Shown: positions 1 through 10,513, counted from the stretch's first letter. The stretch: 64,000 bases of DNA from a virus (IMGVR_UViG_3300030108_004854:1-64000); one strand, 5' to 3'. A program made the numbers and translations. Notes: generated by a model not told the origin, from the letters alone.

Positions 1-167
1 TTATCAGCAACTGTCCCTTCATAGCCTTTCTTACCTTCTAAAGCTTTGTTAAGAAACTTTTGTGCATCTGATTGACTGCCACCGCTAGATTGAAAATCTT
101 TAAGATCTTTTTTAGTGATTTTGTCATCACTTCCATATTGCTGGATAAAGTCTGTGTATGCGCCCAT
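1..167 (-). CDS. hypothetical protein, N-terminal part (runs off window), putative virion protein
   Basis: ATG at 167 just downstream of the 174..938 gene; frame MGAYTDFIQQYGSDDK... stays open to the window edge. Confidence 0.6.
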   Translation of the reverse strand, partial: MGAYTDFIQQYGSDDKITKKDLKDFQSSGGSQSDAQKFLNKALEGKKGYEGTVAD

Positions 168-173
168 GATTAA

Positions 174-938
174 TTATGCAATTGAGTCTGAAAAATTCAT
201 TGCTGGCCTATCGAATCCCCATATATTATAAGTTCCTGTTTTAGTGCCATCGGGTAATCTAACAGCCCTACCATAATAAGCCTGTGTAGCTCTTTCAGCC
301 GCGCTGAGCGGCCCTTTGCTTGCTCCTTCCAGAGAATTAGCCAAACGACTATTTACAAAGCTATTAAACTGAGCAGGACTTTTATTCATTCCCATACTAT
401 CTGCTAAGTTTCGTAAATATCTGCTTTCTTTATTGCTAGGAGCACGATAAAAATTAGTAGCAAATGCATCATCAACAATATTTTTTTGTGTACCTTTTTT
501 TACTTCTGCATTTAATAATGAAGCATAGTCGTCTGATCCAAAATATCCACTTGTTGGTGATAACTTACTTTCCATAAATTGATTTGCTGTGAATGGATCT
601 AAATTACCAGCTTGTACAGCATCACTTATATTGCCAAAAGCACTTTTTGCTAAATCACTATCTTCATAATCATCCATTGCATCAAAAAAAACTTTTTGAG
701 TATAGTCCTCTAAAAATCGACTGCCGGGAGTTTCATACCCCAACAACATATTAAGCATTTCATTATTAGCAGCCTGACCTGAATTTTGACTACGACTACT
801 TCCGCCCGAAATTAAATTACCAATTGCATTTCCACCGCCAGCAATAAAAGGTGCAAAAGGAGCCGTAACCGGATTTGTTAATGCAAGTGCACCGCCAACA
901 GGGCCAATTATATCGCCAATAAAATCAGAAAAACCCAT
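174..938 (-). CDS. putative internal virion protein
   Basis: 254 aa ORF with Gly/Ala-rich hydrophobic N-terminus, in a tightly packed minus-strand cluster. Confidence 0.55.
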   Translation of the reverse strand: MGFSDFIGDIIGPVGGALALTNPVTAPFAPFIAGGGNAIGNLISGGSSRSQNSGQAANNEMLNMLLGYETPGSRFLEDYTQKVFFDAMDDYEDSDLAKSAFGNISDAVQAGNLDPFTANQFMESKLSPTSGYFGSDDYASLLNAEVKKGTQKNIVDDAFATNFYRAPSNKESRYLRNLADSMGMNKSPAQFNSFVNSRLANSLEGASKGPLSAAERATQAYYGRAVRLPDGTKTGTYNIWGFDRPAMNFSDSIA

Positions 939-977
939 TACCTGCCTCCTAGTTCTTCTATCATCGCATCCCTTAAA

Positions 978-1556
978 TTAAACTCCATAGATCATGTTGC
1001 TATATCTAGCAATTGACATGGGACTTAATTTACCCGCTAAACCACTTTTAAAGTTTTGTGCTTTGTTTTGTTTAGCAAGATTAGTTTGATTTAACTGTTG
1101 TGATCGAAGTATTGCGTTTGTTTCTCTATTGAGCTGTGAATCTTCACCAACTAGCGAAGCACCAGTACCCAATAACTGGCCTCTGATGCCGAGTGCTTGG
1201 CCTGCAAAAGCAGCTTCTGTAGCACCTGCTCTAAGATTATTTGCAAGCTGTTCGCCAGCATTTCTCGCAGTACGAAGAGGATTGTTAAATAAATTATTTC
1301 CTAAATTTTGTAGAAACTTTTCAAATGTAGATCCTGTATCACTTGATTCACTTATATTACCAAAAAGAGATCCTGAAAAATCGTACGAACCTGGTATGCC
1401 ATATGTTCCAAAATCATACTTTTCAGGAGAAAATAATCCACCTGAATAATCTAGTAAAGGAACATTGTCTAATTTATAATAATCAGTACCAAAAGTAAGT
1501 GGTTGATTATATAAATTATCAAAACCACCGATAGAAGACATTCCTGTAGCACCCAT
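978..1556 (-). CDS. hypothetical (putative virion) protein
   Basis: 192 aa ORF abutting its neighbours. Confidence 0.6.
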   Translation of the reverse strand: MGATGMSSIGGFDNLYNQPLTFGTDYYKLDNVPLLDYSGGLFSPEKYDFGTYGIPGSYDFSGSLFGNISESSDTGSTFEKFLQNLGNNLFNNPLRTARNAGEQLANNLRAGATEAAFAGQALGIRGQLLGTGASLVGEDSQLNRETNAILRSQQLNQTNLAKQNKAQNFKSGLAGKLSPMSIARYSNMIYGV

Positions 1557-2186
1557 TTATATAAGCCCCCTGTAATATCCACTCATTCTAGGTTTCATTG
1601 CACTTGCTAAATTTAAACCAGTAACTGAATTACTAGCAGCACTAACTAGTTCAGGATAATAAGCAGCCCTGGAAGCAGCCGCAGTCATCATCATTTGTGG
1701 TCCAGTTTTATATTTAAAAGAAGCTTTACCAGCTGCTTCTAAATTCTCAAGTCCCATTTTTTGATTCAATTGTGCACGACGAACATAAATAGGTTCTGTA
1801 ATGTCGAATTTTTCTTTCATTCGATCTGGATCGCTTTCATATCTTTGCTGTTCTAAAATCTTTTCAAGCAATTCTGCATAAAGATCTCTATCTCCATCCC
1901 TTTGGTCTCTGGGAACAGGTTTAGTCGAAGTGTCTTCTTCTTTAAACGCCCCTGAAGGATCTCCAGGGCCTTGTGTTCCTTTTTCTCTAAAATCATAATC
2001 TTGTCCAGTTCTATTTCCTATTGGTCCTGTCCCTTTTTGTGCAGCACTTTTATCTGAATTTAATCCGCCAGGTAGATTGCCTAAAGCTGCAAACAAAGTC
2101 CCGTCAGAAAAATAAGTTCTCATTTCGGGATTATTATATGGATTTTGGAATCCAAAATATTGACTAGCTGGGTAAAATCTTGACAT
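1557..2186 (-). CDS. hypothetical (putative virion) protein
   Basis: 209 aa ORF abutting its neighbours. Confidence 0.6.
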   Translation of the reverse strand: MSRFYPASQYFGFQNPYNNPEMRTYFSDGTLFAALGNLPGGLNSDKSAAQKGTGPIGNRTGQDYDFREKGTQGPGDPSGAFKEEDTSTKPVPRDQRDGDRDLYAELLEKILEQQRYESDPDRMKEKFDITEPIYVRRAQLNQKMGLENLEAAGKASFKYKTGPQMMMTAAASRAAYYPELVSAASNSVTGLNLASAMKPRMSGYYRGLI

Positions 2187-2188
2187 AA

Positions 2189-3307
2189 TCAGAAACTAAT
2201 AGAAGGTGCGGCAACAGCACTAGCTGCATAAGGATTAGCAGTTAAAGCAGTACGGAAGTTAGCGCCTGCTTCACGCTGTCCTTGCTGTGCCATTTTTGCT
2301 TGAGCAGATAATGTACCAAGCATTGCATAACTATTTGTTAGGCTAGCATTCATTGCTTGCTGACGTACTAATTGACCATCAAGCAAGCGATTAAGAATAG
2401 GCTCTTGTGCTTTCATTCTTAAAATATCATTTTCCATTGCTGTTTGTTGAATAGCATTCATCGTTTGGACAAGTGGTTTTAAATTAGCATTTGTTTGATA
2501 GCGATTTTTTTCTTGATTATATTCATCTGATCCTTGTCCTGTTTTTTCAGCAATCATACGATCACCAGCTGCACCTAATCCACCAACTCCAATAGCGCCT
2601 AAACCTGCAGCACCAAGACGAATTAAAGGATGCATGTTTCGTGTAGCCGCAAGAGCAGCAGCACCACCAGATAGATTGCCTACACCTTCAAGAGTTTTAC
2701 CTTCTTGAAGATTTCCAACACCCATCATTACTGGTGCAATCATTCCAGCAACATTTGTAGCGCCACCTAACATCCCGCTACGGCTAAAATTCATGCCTCC
2801 AACAGGCGTACTGCCCCCACCACGAGGAACTCTATTTCCACCGCCGCCTCCTCCTGATCTACCGCCTCCACCGCCTCCACGGTTCCCTCCTCCGCCTCCT
2901 TCTGTCACACGCGCATTTCCACCGCCTCCTGCACCTTGAGTTACACGTGGATTACCTGGACCATCTGCACTTGGAGTTACATCACCTGTTACAGGACCAG
3001 GGCCTTGTGCTCGTCTACCACCTGTTCCCTGAGTAACATTGCCACCTGTCGGATCAAGTCCCACATAATCACCACTGATATTAAAAGGTGCATTAGGGTC
3101 CATTCTTCCTGCACCAGAAGGGCTGCCTCCCATAGGACCTGCATATCCTCTACGTTGTTGCTGTACTGCAGCCATTTTTTGACCTTGATTACTCAACATA
3201 TTTCCCATACTTTGCAGGTGAGAACCTATCACGTCTTGGAAGTCACGACCTATTATTCCCATGCCTTCCATCATAGTTTGTAATCCACCCTGGTTGCCAA
3301 CTTGCAT
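2189..3307 (-). CDS. Gly-rich putative internal virion/ejection protein
   Basis: 372 aa with poly-Gly tracts, GxxxG hydrophobic segments and a Gln/Ala helical C-terminus. Confidence 0.6.
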   Translation of the reverse strand: MQVGNQGGLQTMMEGMGIIGRDFQDVIGSHLQSMGNMLSNQGQKMAAVQQQRRGYAGPMGGSPSGAGRMDPNAPFNISGDYVGLDPTGGNVTQGTGGRRAQGPGPVTGDVTPSADGPGNPRVTQGAGGGGNARVTEGGGGGNRGGGGGGRSGGGGGGNRVPRGGGSTPVGGMNFSRSGMLGGATNVAGMIAPVMMGVGNLQEGKTLEGVGNLSGGAAALAATRNMHPLIRLGAAGLGAIGVGGLGAAGDRMIAEKTGQGSDEYNQEKNRYQTNANLKPLVQTMNAIQQTAMENDILRMKAQEPILNRLLDGQLVRQQAMNASLTNSYAMLGTLSAQAKMAQQGQREAGANFRTALTANPYAASAVAAPSISF

Positions 3308-3358
3308 GGTATTACTCTCTAACAGTTAATACTTAAGATACTTAAATTCTATCTCGTC

Positions 3359-4516
3359 TTAATAAATCCCATACTCATCTGTACTAGGTAAATCTTTTCT
3401 TGCTCCTGCTGCAATCAATGCATTAGCCATCTTGCCTGCAATAACTCCTGCACCTGCACCAAGTACGCCATAACCAAAAACTTTACGCGCACTATTGGGC
3501 ATAACTTCATAAGTCATGCCACCAGGAACTTTTTTCTTGGTGCCACGTACAGCGTTTTTTGGTGGATCTACACCTATAGGAGTTTTAACTGTTTGTGGAT
3601 TTTGAGTTGCTAAACGCACAGCACCGGCTCCTCCAACTAACCCTCCTACCGATTCAAGTCCAACAGGAAAGCCTGCAATAAATGCTTCTGGCTTTCCTTC
3701 TAAATTTTCAGTTGTTGCTTTAAAAGCACCTGTTGCACCCAATCCTGCACCAATGCCTGAACCTAGTGCTGCACTACCGATAACATTTCTAAGACTACCT
3801 TTGCCTAAAGCAGCCGCCATGCCTCCAGCTAAACCTAAACCAATAGACCCTGGAATAACCCCTGAAGTTCTGTCGTTATAAAGAGTATTCATATAATTTG
3901 AATACCTTTGTTTTGTCAAATCAGGAATATCTTGTTGAGCTGTTTCATATTTTAAAGGACGGCCACGACGACCTAAAGCATACCGATCAAAAAGTTCTGC
4001 AGCTGGATTAGCTGTTTCACGTCTATCTTCTGAACCTATTTCTGCATAGCTTTGTGCAAAACCTTTTGGTCGACCTAATTGTTCAGGATTTGTAATATCA
4101 AAAACACCTAAATGAGAAGCAACGGGTACACCAATAGCTCCTAATTCAATAGCAGCTCTTTGTGCTGAATTAAAATTATAAATATTATCACCAATGATTT
4201 GTTCTGCAAGAACATCTCCTATTGCCATTGGATGGTTATAACGCCAATACGTATGACGACTGGCATCATCTGCTACGTCTGTTAAAAGACGCGCACCAAC
4301 AGCACCGGCCATTTCAGCCGGTGTTTGCATATTAATTCCTTGTCGATTTAATTCTTTATAATAACCTCCGTCTAAGCCAGGGATAACACTATGGCTATAA
4401 CGTTTTTTTACATTTTTATTAGCTGATTTCTCTCTTGCAAGTCGATCTTGAAGTTGAACTCCTCTATCAAAACCTGATTGAACTGAACGTCCTAAATTTC
4501 GTAATTGTTGAAACAT
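3359..4516 (-). CDS. putative virion protein with glycine-zipper membrane segments
   Basis: 385 aa with several GxxxG hydrophobic stretches. Confidence 0.6.
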   Translation of the reverse strand: MFQQLRNLGRSVQSGFDRGVQLQDRLAREKSANKNVKKRYSHSVIPGLDGGYYKELNRQGINMQTPAEMAGAVGARLLTDVADDASRHTYWRYNHPMAIGDVLAEQIIGDNIYNFNSAQRAAIELGAIGVPVASHLGVFDITNPEQLGRPKGFAQSYAEIGSEDRRETANPAAELFDRYALGRRGRPLKYETAQQDIPDLTKQRYSNYMNTLYNDRTSGVIPGSIGLGLAGGMAAALGKGSLRNVIGSAALGSGIGAGLGATGAFKATTENLEGKPEAFIAGFPVGLESVGGLVGGAGAVRLATQNPQTVKTPIGVDPPKNAVRGTKKKVPGGMTYEVMPNSARKVFGYGVLGAGAGVIAGKMANALIAAGARKDLPSTDEYGIY

Positions 4517-4518
4517 AA

Positions 4519-5085
4519 TTACACGCCCATGATGGAAGCCATATTAGCTCTAGCGCTATTCATATCATATGTTGGACCCATTGAATTCATCATGCGAATT
4601 AAATCTCCTTCTTTTTGACCTCCCTGCATTGCTCCTTGTAGTTGTTGAAACATTGTGTCTTCCATATATTTACCAGCCAACTCATCCATTGTCATTCCAT
4701 TTACATTTCCACGCTGCGCTTGTTGTTGTGCATTAGTAACAGCTTGGCCACCCTGCCCTTGCAAAGCTTGTTGTGAATAACGATCTTTAAACAAAGTATC
4801 TGTTAATGCGCGTGATGTTACTGCACCTGTAATAATATTTCCTCCAGCTCGTACAAGAGGATTTTGAATACCTGCTTTGCTTAATAAACCTAAAGTTGCG
4901 GCTGAGCCTAGGGTATCTGCAAGTCCATAAGCAAGTGCTTCATCTGGTTTACCGCCCATAATGTAATGTGCGCCTCCAGTTAATAAACCACCACCCAATG
5001 CTTCAGGCAATGCCTGAACAAACATATCACGAAAACGTGGCAGTACTTTTTTCCCTACTGTTCCTGCTAATTTTGCAACTGCCAT
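4519..5085 (-). CDS. putative virion protein
   Basis: 188 aa, Gly/Ala/Gln rich. Confidence 0.55.
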   Translation of the reverse strand: MAVAKLAGTVGKKVLPRFRDMFVQALPEALGGGLLTGGAHYIMGGKPDEALAYGLADTLGSAATLGLLSKAGIQNPLVRAGGNIITGAVTSRALTDTLFKDRYSQQALQGQGGQAVTNAQQQAQRGNVNGMTMDELAGKYMEDTMFQQLQGAMQGGQKEGDLIRMMNSMGPTYDMNSARANMASIMGV

Positions 5086-5109
5086 TTATTTATATACAAG
5101 CATATTTAT

Positions 5110-5697
5110 TTATTTTACAGGGCCTTTGTCTTCCGCTTCTTTAATTTCATCCGGTGATGCTTTAAGTAACTGAGCAACATTCATCTTGCCTTCTACTTCT
5201 GCTTCTGCTTTAGCTTCCATTGTTTTGTACAGGAAGTCTCTTGGATCAGGATTATCTGCTCTAGGCATAGGATTCTTAGCACGTTTATCTGGATTCACAG
5301 TTGGACTTAATTCATATGTTTCTTTCCACTTCTCTCCTTTTAATTGAAATTCAATTGAATCTAAAAATGTAGGCTTTTGAAATACAGGTCTACCTAAATC
5401 AAAATTATAAAGTTCTTTTCTAGCTTTATCGAAACGACTTGGTAGTCCTTGAAATAAATTAAAATTATCTGGATTAGCGTCAATAAAATTAAGTCTTGGA
5501 TTAATCGTAGGCTTGCGACTAGTAATACGGCTTCTTAATTCAGCAGCCCCAAACCGGTTTATTTGAAACGGTGGTTTTGTAGAATCCGCACGATTCTGTT
5601 GTTCATATTTTGTTTTAACATATGCACCCTTATCGAAAAATTTCGCTACATCATCCATGTAATCCGAAGGATTTACTAGTCGCTTGTCGTATGGCAT
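5110..5697 (-). CDS. hypothetical protein
   Basis: 195 aa ORF in the cluster. Confidence 0.65.
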   Translation of the reverse strand: MPYDKRLVNPSDYMDDVAKFFDKGAYVKTKYEQQNRADSTKPPFQINRFGAAELRSRITSRKPTINPRLNFIDANPDNFNLFQGLPSRFDKARKELYNFDLGRPVFQKPTFLDSIEFQLKGEKWKETYELSPTVNPDKRAKNPMPRADNPDPRDFLYKTMEAKAEAEVEGKMNVAQLLKASPDEIKEAEDKGPVK

Positions 5698-5699
5698 AA

Positions 5700-5825
5700 T
5701 TACTTCTTGGCGCGTTTTTTAACAGGTACGCAGTTAGCAACTTTTTTACCTGTTTTTTTAGAAATTTTCATACCGTCTTTTTTATATCCTTTCCAGCAAG
5801 GATTACTTTTTTTCTTTGCTGGCAT
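5700..5825 (-). CDS. small basic protein with PCWKGY...NCVP motif
   Basis: 41 aa MPAKKKSNPCWKGYKKDGMKISKKTGKKVANCVPVKKRAKK, translated by hand; the motif recurs in cyanophage proteins. Confidence 0.7.
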   Translation of the reverse strand: MPAKKKSNPCWKGYKKDGMKISKKTGKKVANCVPVKKRAKK

Positions 5826-6051
5826 TTTTGTTTTTCTTGTCTTTATTAATCCTAACAAGAGTTTCACGCAATTTAGCTTGTTTCTGAGTTTTCTCGTCGT
5901 ACTTATCAGGATTTTTTTCTACATTAGCTTGTAGTTGTGCAGTCGTAATTCCTTTCTTTTTTGCTTTGGCAGTAAACGTGCCTTTCCGCTTGGTAGCTTT
6001 TTGAATCCACTTTTTATCTTTTTCTTTAGTTGTTTTTTTCTTTTGTGTCAT
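5803..6051 (-). CDS. small Lys-rich basic protein
   Basis: 82 aa with a KKWIQKA..KGTFTAKAKK motif. Confidence 0.7.
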   Translation of the reverse strand: MTQKKKTTKEKDKKWIQKATKRKGTFTAKAKKKGITTAQLQANVEKNPDKYDEKTQKQAKLRETLVRINKDKKNKNASKEKK

Positions 6052-6052
6052 T

Positions 6053-9000
6053 TCAACCTCTGCGAATAATGGGGAAGCGTTCCATAGTATTGCCTCTACC
6101 TAGTCTCTCACTAATAGGACGTACATATTCATTTTCACGGCGTTCACGTCCTTCAAATTTAACAGGGCCACCACGTTTTTCTGGATCATTTATTAATGTA
6201 CCAGTGGGGAATAAAGAATTACCACGCATCCGAGGATAGCTGCGTTGAGGAATTCTGCCTGCTAAAGCTTGTGGTGCATAGTTACCTTGAGGATCTTGAC
6301 CGACAGAAAGCCTGACAGGACCTGCATCAGGTGCAATAGGAGCTGGACCTTTTAGTTCAAAAGGTTTAGGTGGATCCAAAGGAGCAAAAGTTGCACCTGT
6401 ATTTGGATCACGATAGACAGTACGGGTTGGTGTTTCTGGTACAGGATATTTTTCTACTCGCGCACCAGCTGTTTTGTAGCGAGGATCATAAGCAGGAGGT
6501 TGAATAGAGATCGTAGTCCGGCCATCTCCACGGTCAGGCAAGATTGACATTGGCCTTGCAGTACCACCTGTTGCTAATGCTAAACGTTCTGCAGATGTTT
6601 GAACAGGACCGGTATAACGAACCCTTCCAATATCTCGGCTGGAATCAATGTCACCTCCAGCAATTAATCTACTTGCTGCAGGGTCAAGACTAATAGTCAT
6701 TGCACCAGTGGATGGTGTTCCTACTGAGGCACTACCTGGGATTGCATAACCTGTATCGACCAGTGCAACGCGTGGCGGAGAAGCCGCACTACGAGATAAA
6801 GGTACACGAGCTGGACCCACTTCTGCAGGGCCAACAAGGCGTGGTGTTTTGAAAACTTCAACGGCTTGTGGTTGCTTCTGAGCCATGCCGCCACTAATAG
6901 CACGCTGTAAGAAGCCTTGTGCCATGCGCTCGTTGTAAGCAGCTACTTCAGGATCAAACACAACACCGCCTAGGCTGCCAGTTATGTTTTCTCCTTTTTC
7001 ACCTTGTAATCTACTTACTGGTCCAGCTGCATCTGCTGCTGCTCCTGTAAATGCAGTACCAACAGGAACTTCTACTGCTAGCTGATCATTTTCAAAACCT
7101 GTGTCATAAACACGTGGAACAGAAAGAGAAGGAAGTGGTTCACGCGGTTCAACTTCCATTCCTGCTCTCATTACCTTCATTGAGTTTGCAACATCTTGCT
7201 CAGGACCTCTTGTAGGTACAACAACAGTTTCTCTAGTAATATTTCCATCACCATCATCCACTGTTGTTGTTTTAGTCTTGAGAGGACTTGCACGTCCAGC
7301 ATCTACAGCAGCTTGTGCTTTACGAATTTCTTCAGACGCCATAATTGACGCCATTTGTTCAGGTGTTCCAGGTACTGAAGCGCGTTCACGAATATCAGTG
7401 CGAATACCTGTATCAGCACTGTAATACTCTGATGGGCTTTCGCGTAAACGATTAGAAATACGTTTTCCTCTAAATACACGACCAGGTGTTGTGCTTGGTC
7501 CGCCAGCTGGTGGATATGTAATATTTCCAGCTTTAGTGTAATAATTCCCTTCTTCATTAATCTTGCCACCACGTAAAGCTCTCCCTCTTATATTTGAATC
7601 GACAGTTTGTGCTTCACCTGTAAGAAGCTGAGTTATATCTTCTCCAGTTACTTCTTGACTTTTTCCAAGACCTTCACGCTGTCTTGCATTGTCAATAGCT
7701 TTTACACCAGGGAGTTCAGGGTTTTCTTTTTTAAGTCGGGCAAAATCACGTTCAGCTCTACCGGCTGCTTGCAACTCACTAATAATATTTTCTGCTGCTA
7801 CGCGCTTTGGATCGTTTTGAATTCTTTCTAATGCAGCACCAACATCCGCAGCCTGTCTATTTTCTTCTGCACTGTAATTAAAATTCAGATCAACTTCACT
7901 TTGTATTTGCTTATTACGCAAGAAGTCTTGTGCATCAGCAACACGCTTGTCTAAAATGTCCTCATTAAACTTTGTAAGATCTATATCTTCATTACGTTGA
8001 ATATATTGAATGATTTCAATGTCTTTTTGGTCGTTGGCTGTTTGAACGGCTTCATTACGCGCAGTACGCATAATTGGCCTTCCAGAATTTCTTACTTCAA
8101 CTAATGTTTGCGGCTTATCTTGTCTTGCAGCATTAATAGCCACTCGATCTGCTTTATCAATCGGTCCTTCTGAATAACCAGATAATTTAGGACCAGCGCC
8201 AGGTGGTCTAGCTGTTGGTTCTTGTTTTGGAGCTTGTGCAAATCTTTCTGCAGCAAAATCACGCAATATACCTTTTGCTTGTTGCTCTTCTTGTTTTTCT
8301 AAACGTTTAACAACAGCAGATTGACGACTGGACTCTACTCCACTCATCTGGCCTGCTTCTCTTTTTACATCTGATTGAAGATCTTTAAGCAAACGATTAA
8401 TTCTGCCCATATCAGAATCAACAGAACTTGCTGGAGGCAACTGACGCAGTTCAACACCGGCACCAACGTTTCCAACAGGTGCTTCTAGGGATTTTGCAAT
8501 TCTTCCTCTTACATAATCAACATCAGACCTTGTTTTAGGTTGTCCAAACGACATCATCTGTTCTGTCGTTAATACACCAGGTCCTGAAAGGTTTTGTTTG
8601 CTTAAATTAATTCCACCGCCTTGATTTCTAGGTGTGCTAATAATTTGATTGACTGATTGACTTCCACCACGGCGATATATTTCACCAGTACGAGGATCAG
8701 TAAGTAAATCAAGTCCTTCTTGCTGTGCTTGGTAATAATCCCTATTCATTTGCCAGGTCTTGCCTACATTCTCTCCAACAACTGGACCTGATGTTGGTCG
8801 ATAGTCTGCTCCTAGACTTCCACCTTCAATATCTTGCGTAAATTTCTTTAAAGCTGCGTCAGATGATTCATATCTAGATTTTCTTGGAGATTGATAGGAT
8901 GTTCCACCCTGTCCGGGTAATCTAGGTAGATCAACTACCTGTATTCCACCTTGTCCACTTCTTCTTGCTTGGTTATTAGTTGTTGATCCTGTTGGAGTAG

Positions 9001-9142
9001 GCGGATCAACTGAGATATTTGCTTTTCGTATCCGATTTTTTAGTAATGATCGGGCTCCAAGGCCTCCTGCAAGTAATCCTGCACCCAAAACAACGCCACC
9101 AAGCAAATTATTGCCTTGATTCTCTCGCTGTTCTTCGTACAT
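6053..9142 (-). CDS. large low-complexity putative virion protein
   Basis: 1029 aa; N-terminal hydrophobic Gly-rich helix, then Pro/Arg/Gln-rich and probably disordered. Confidence 0.65.
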   Translation of the reverse strand: MYEEQRENQGNNLLGGVVLGAGLLAGGLGARSLLKNRIRKANISVDPPTPTGSTTNNQARRSGQGGIQVVDLPRLPGQGGTSYQSPRKSRYESSDAALKKFTQDIEGGSLGADYRPTSGPVVGENVGKTWQMNRDYYQAQQEGLDLLTDPRTGEIYRRGGSQSVNQIISTPRNQGGGINLSKQNLSGPGVLTTEQMMSFGQPKTRSDVDYVRGRIAKSLEAPVGNVGAGVELRQLPPASSVDSDMGRINRLLKDLQSDVKREAGQMSGVESSRQSAVVKRLEKQEEQQAKGILRDFAAERFAQAPKQEPTARPPGAGPKLSGYSEGPIDKADRVAINAARQDKPQTLVEVRNSGRPIMRTARNEAVQTANDQKDIEIIQYIQRNEDIDLTKFNEDILDKRVADAQDFLRNKQIQSEVDLNFNYSAEENRQAADVGAALERIQNDPKRVAAENIISELQAAGRAERDFARLKKENPELPGVKAIDNARQREGLGKSQEVTGEDITQLLTGEAQTVDSNIRGRALRGGKINEEGNYYTKAGNITYPPAGGPSTTPGRVFRGKRISNRLRESPSEYYSADTGIRTDIRERASVPGTPEQMASIMASEEIRKAQAAVDAGRASPLKTKTTTVDDGDGNITRETVVVPTRGPEQDVANSMKVMRAGMEVEPREPLPSLSVPRVYDTGFENDQLAVEVPVGTAFTGAAADAAGPVSRLQGEKGENITGSLGGVVFDPEVAAYNERMAQGFLQRAISGGMAQKQPQAVEVFKTPRLVGPAEVGPARVPLSRSAASPPRVALVDTGYAIPGSASVGTPSTGAMTISLDPAASRLIAGGDIDSSRDIGRVRYTGPVQTSAERLALATGGTARPMSILPDRGDGRTTISIQPPAYDPRYKTAGARVEKYPVPETPTRTVYRDPNTGATFAPLDPPKPFELKGPAPIAPDAGPVRLSVGQDPQGNYAPQALAGRIPQRSYPRMRGNSLFPTGTLINDPEKRGGPVKFEGRERRENEYVRPISERLGRGNTMERFPIIRRG

Positions 9143-9214
9143 CGTGTATATTTTCCAATATTAATAGTTTAATCCTTTATATTCTGATGATTTAGACTTA
9201 TTGCACGTGAGTTA

Positions 9215-9499
9215 GTGCAAGAAATGGAATTGCAAGCACCTAATAGTAATTTTGGTGTAAAAAACAGTGGAATGACTGATGAAGATAAGTTAGGCAGGGC
9301 CATTGCACTACGTGCTATTGCAGAAAAGACACAAGAGCTAGAAGCAAAGGGTGCTACACCCATGGAACAGCAAACATTTGTTCAGGGTGCTCGCCGCGAG
9401 TTAGCCAGGCAGAGACCTGATGCACGAAAACACGAACTTGCATCGGACGCTGCACGGCGATTCAAGGAGTACAACTCCGGAGGAACCTCAATCTTCTAG
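9215..9499 (+). CDS. hypothetical protein
   Basis: 94 aa helical ORF divergent from the virion cluster; may start at ATG 9224. Confidence 0.6.
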   Translation: MQEMELQAPNSNFGVKNSGMTDEDKLGRAIALRAIAEKTQELEAKGATPMEQQTFVQGARRELARQRPDARKHELASDAARRFKEYNSGGTSIF

Positions 9500-9758
9500 T
9501 AAGTTTGGGATAAAAACTTGGGGTAAACCCGACTTTTCGGGTCATTTTGTGCTATAAAATTATATTTAAAAACCTATTATTAGTAATCCTTAACAATCGC
9601 TAGGAATAACTTGACATGCCTAAATCTTCCCCAGGGGCCTTACGTACTTTGGCCTGGTTTTTTTGGGTAAATCCAACTTTTTAACCCATTTTGGTTAATA
9701 ATTACCTGACCTATCTAACATACGTCTTCCGATTGGGAATGCGTATAGAAAAAAAAGA

Positions 9759-9772
9759 AACAGCCAACGGCC
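9759..9772 (+). promoter_or_regulatory. AACAGCC tandem box, variant copy
   Basis: AACAGCCAACGGCC, one mismatch to the consensus. Confidence 0.5.
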
Positions 9773-9942
9773 CCTCGACGATTGAAGAGTGGGACAAACC
9801 CACGAAGCAATCGGCGTATCACCCAATGGGTAGTACAACGGCCCGTAGCTGTAAGTTACTCCACAATTTCCACAGGAATTCTGGTGAACTTCTCGCTGCT
9901 ATCTCACATAAGGCTGTGAGATTAGAAGCAGAAGGTTTAACG

Positions 9943-9956
9943 AACAGCCAACAGCC
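9943..9956 (+). promoter_or_regulatory. AACAGCCAACAGCC box
   Basis: exact copy upstream of the first early ORF. Confidence 0.65.
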
Positions 9957-10007
9957 GGTTAATGCGTAGAACGAGCGGAGTTACGCCCGCCACACACGGA
10001 GAATCCC

Positions 10008-10298
10008 GTGGCCAACATCCAAACCGCTCCCGCTCCTACCGCCAAGGAAGAGCAGCAAGCTTCCATTCCTCAGGTGTGGAAGATCAAGGAGCACCACATC
10101 GTCGAGCCCATCGTTGATGACGCAGGCAAGACGTGGGTCAAGATCGAGTGGAGCGAGAAGCTTCACCTGTTCTTCGACGTACCTAACGGCGTCAAGGTCG
10201 ACAAGCTCATCGAACAGATGGAGCGCGTCGGTTACATCAACGTCGACAAGAAGGGGTGGTACAAGCGCTACCCCATGGCAGAAGAGATCATCTTCTGA
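10008..10298 (+). CDS. early hypothetical protein
   Basis: 96 aa, GTG start preceded by GGAG, followed by a terminator. Confidence 0.7.
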   Translation: MANIQTAPAPTAKEEQQASIPQVWKIKEHHIVEPIVDDAGKTWVKIEWSEKLHLFFDVPNGVKVDKLIEQMERVGYINVDKKGWYKRYPMAEEIIF

Positions 10299-10312
10299 TC
10301 CAACACTCACCC

Positions 10313-10337
10313 CCCCCGCTTCGGCGGGGGATTTTTT
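10313..10337 (+). terminator. intrinsic terminator
   Basis: CCCCCGC-TTCG-GCGGGGG then ATTTTTT. Confidence 0.85.
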
Positions 10338-10499
10338 ATTGAATACAACAGCCCTTACACAGCCATCACCATGACCAGACTCAATGCCTTCCTGTTTACT
10401 ATCACTGCAGCAGCAATGATGATCACACTTGGTTTCATAACAAGAGAACCATTAGTGGTCACATGCATCACTGAAGGTGATGTAACAACGTGCTCTGCT

Positions 10500-10513
10500 A
10501 ACAGCCAACAGCC
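10500..10513 (+). promoter_or_regulatory. AACAGCCAACAGCC box
   Basis: exact copy followed by TCTTGATTGAT, as at 12828. Confidence 0.65.

Noticed and set aside
1129-3283. Plus-strand ORFs 1129..1449 and 2936..3283 and similar antisense ORFs
   Set aside because: Shadows of longer coherent genes on the other strand
9691-9969. 92-aa ORF in the strand-switch region
   Set aside because: TTG start, no ribosome-binding signal, and it runs through repeats and hairpins; probably non-coding
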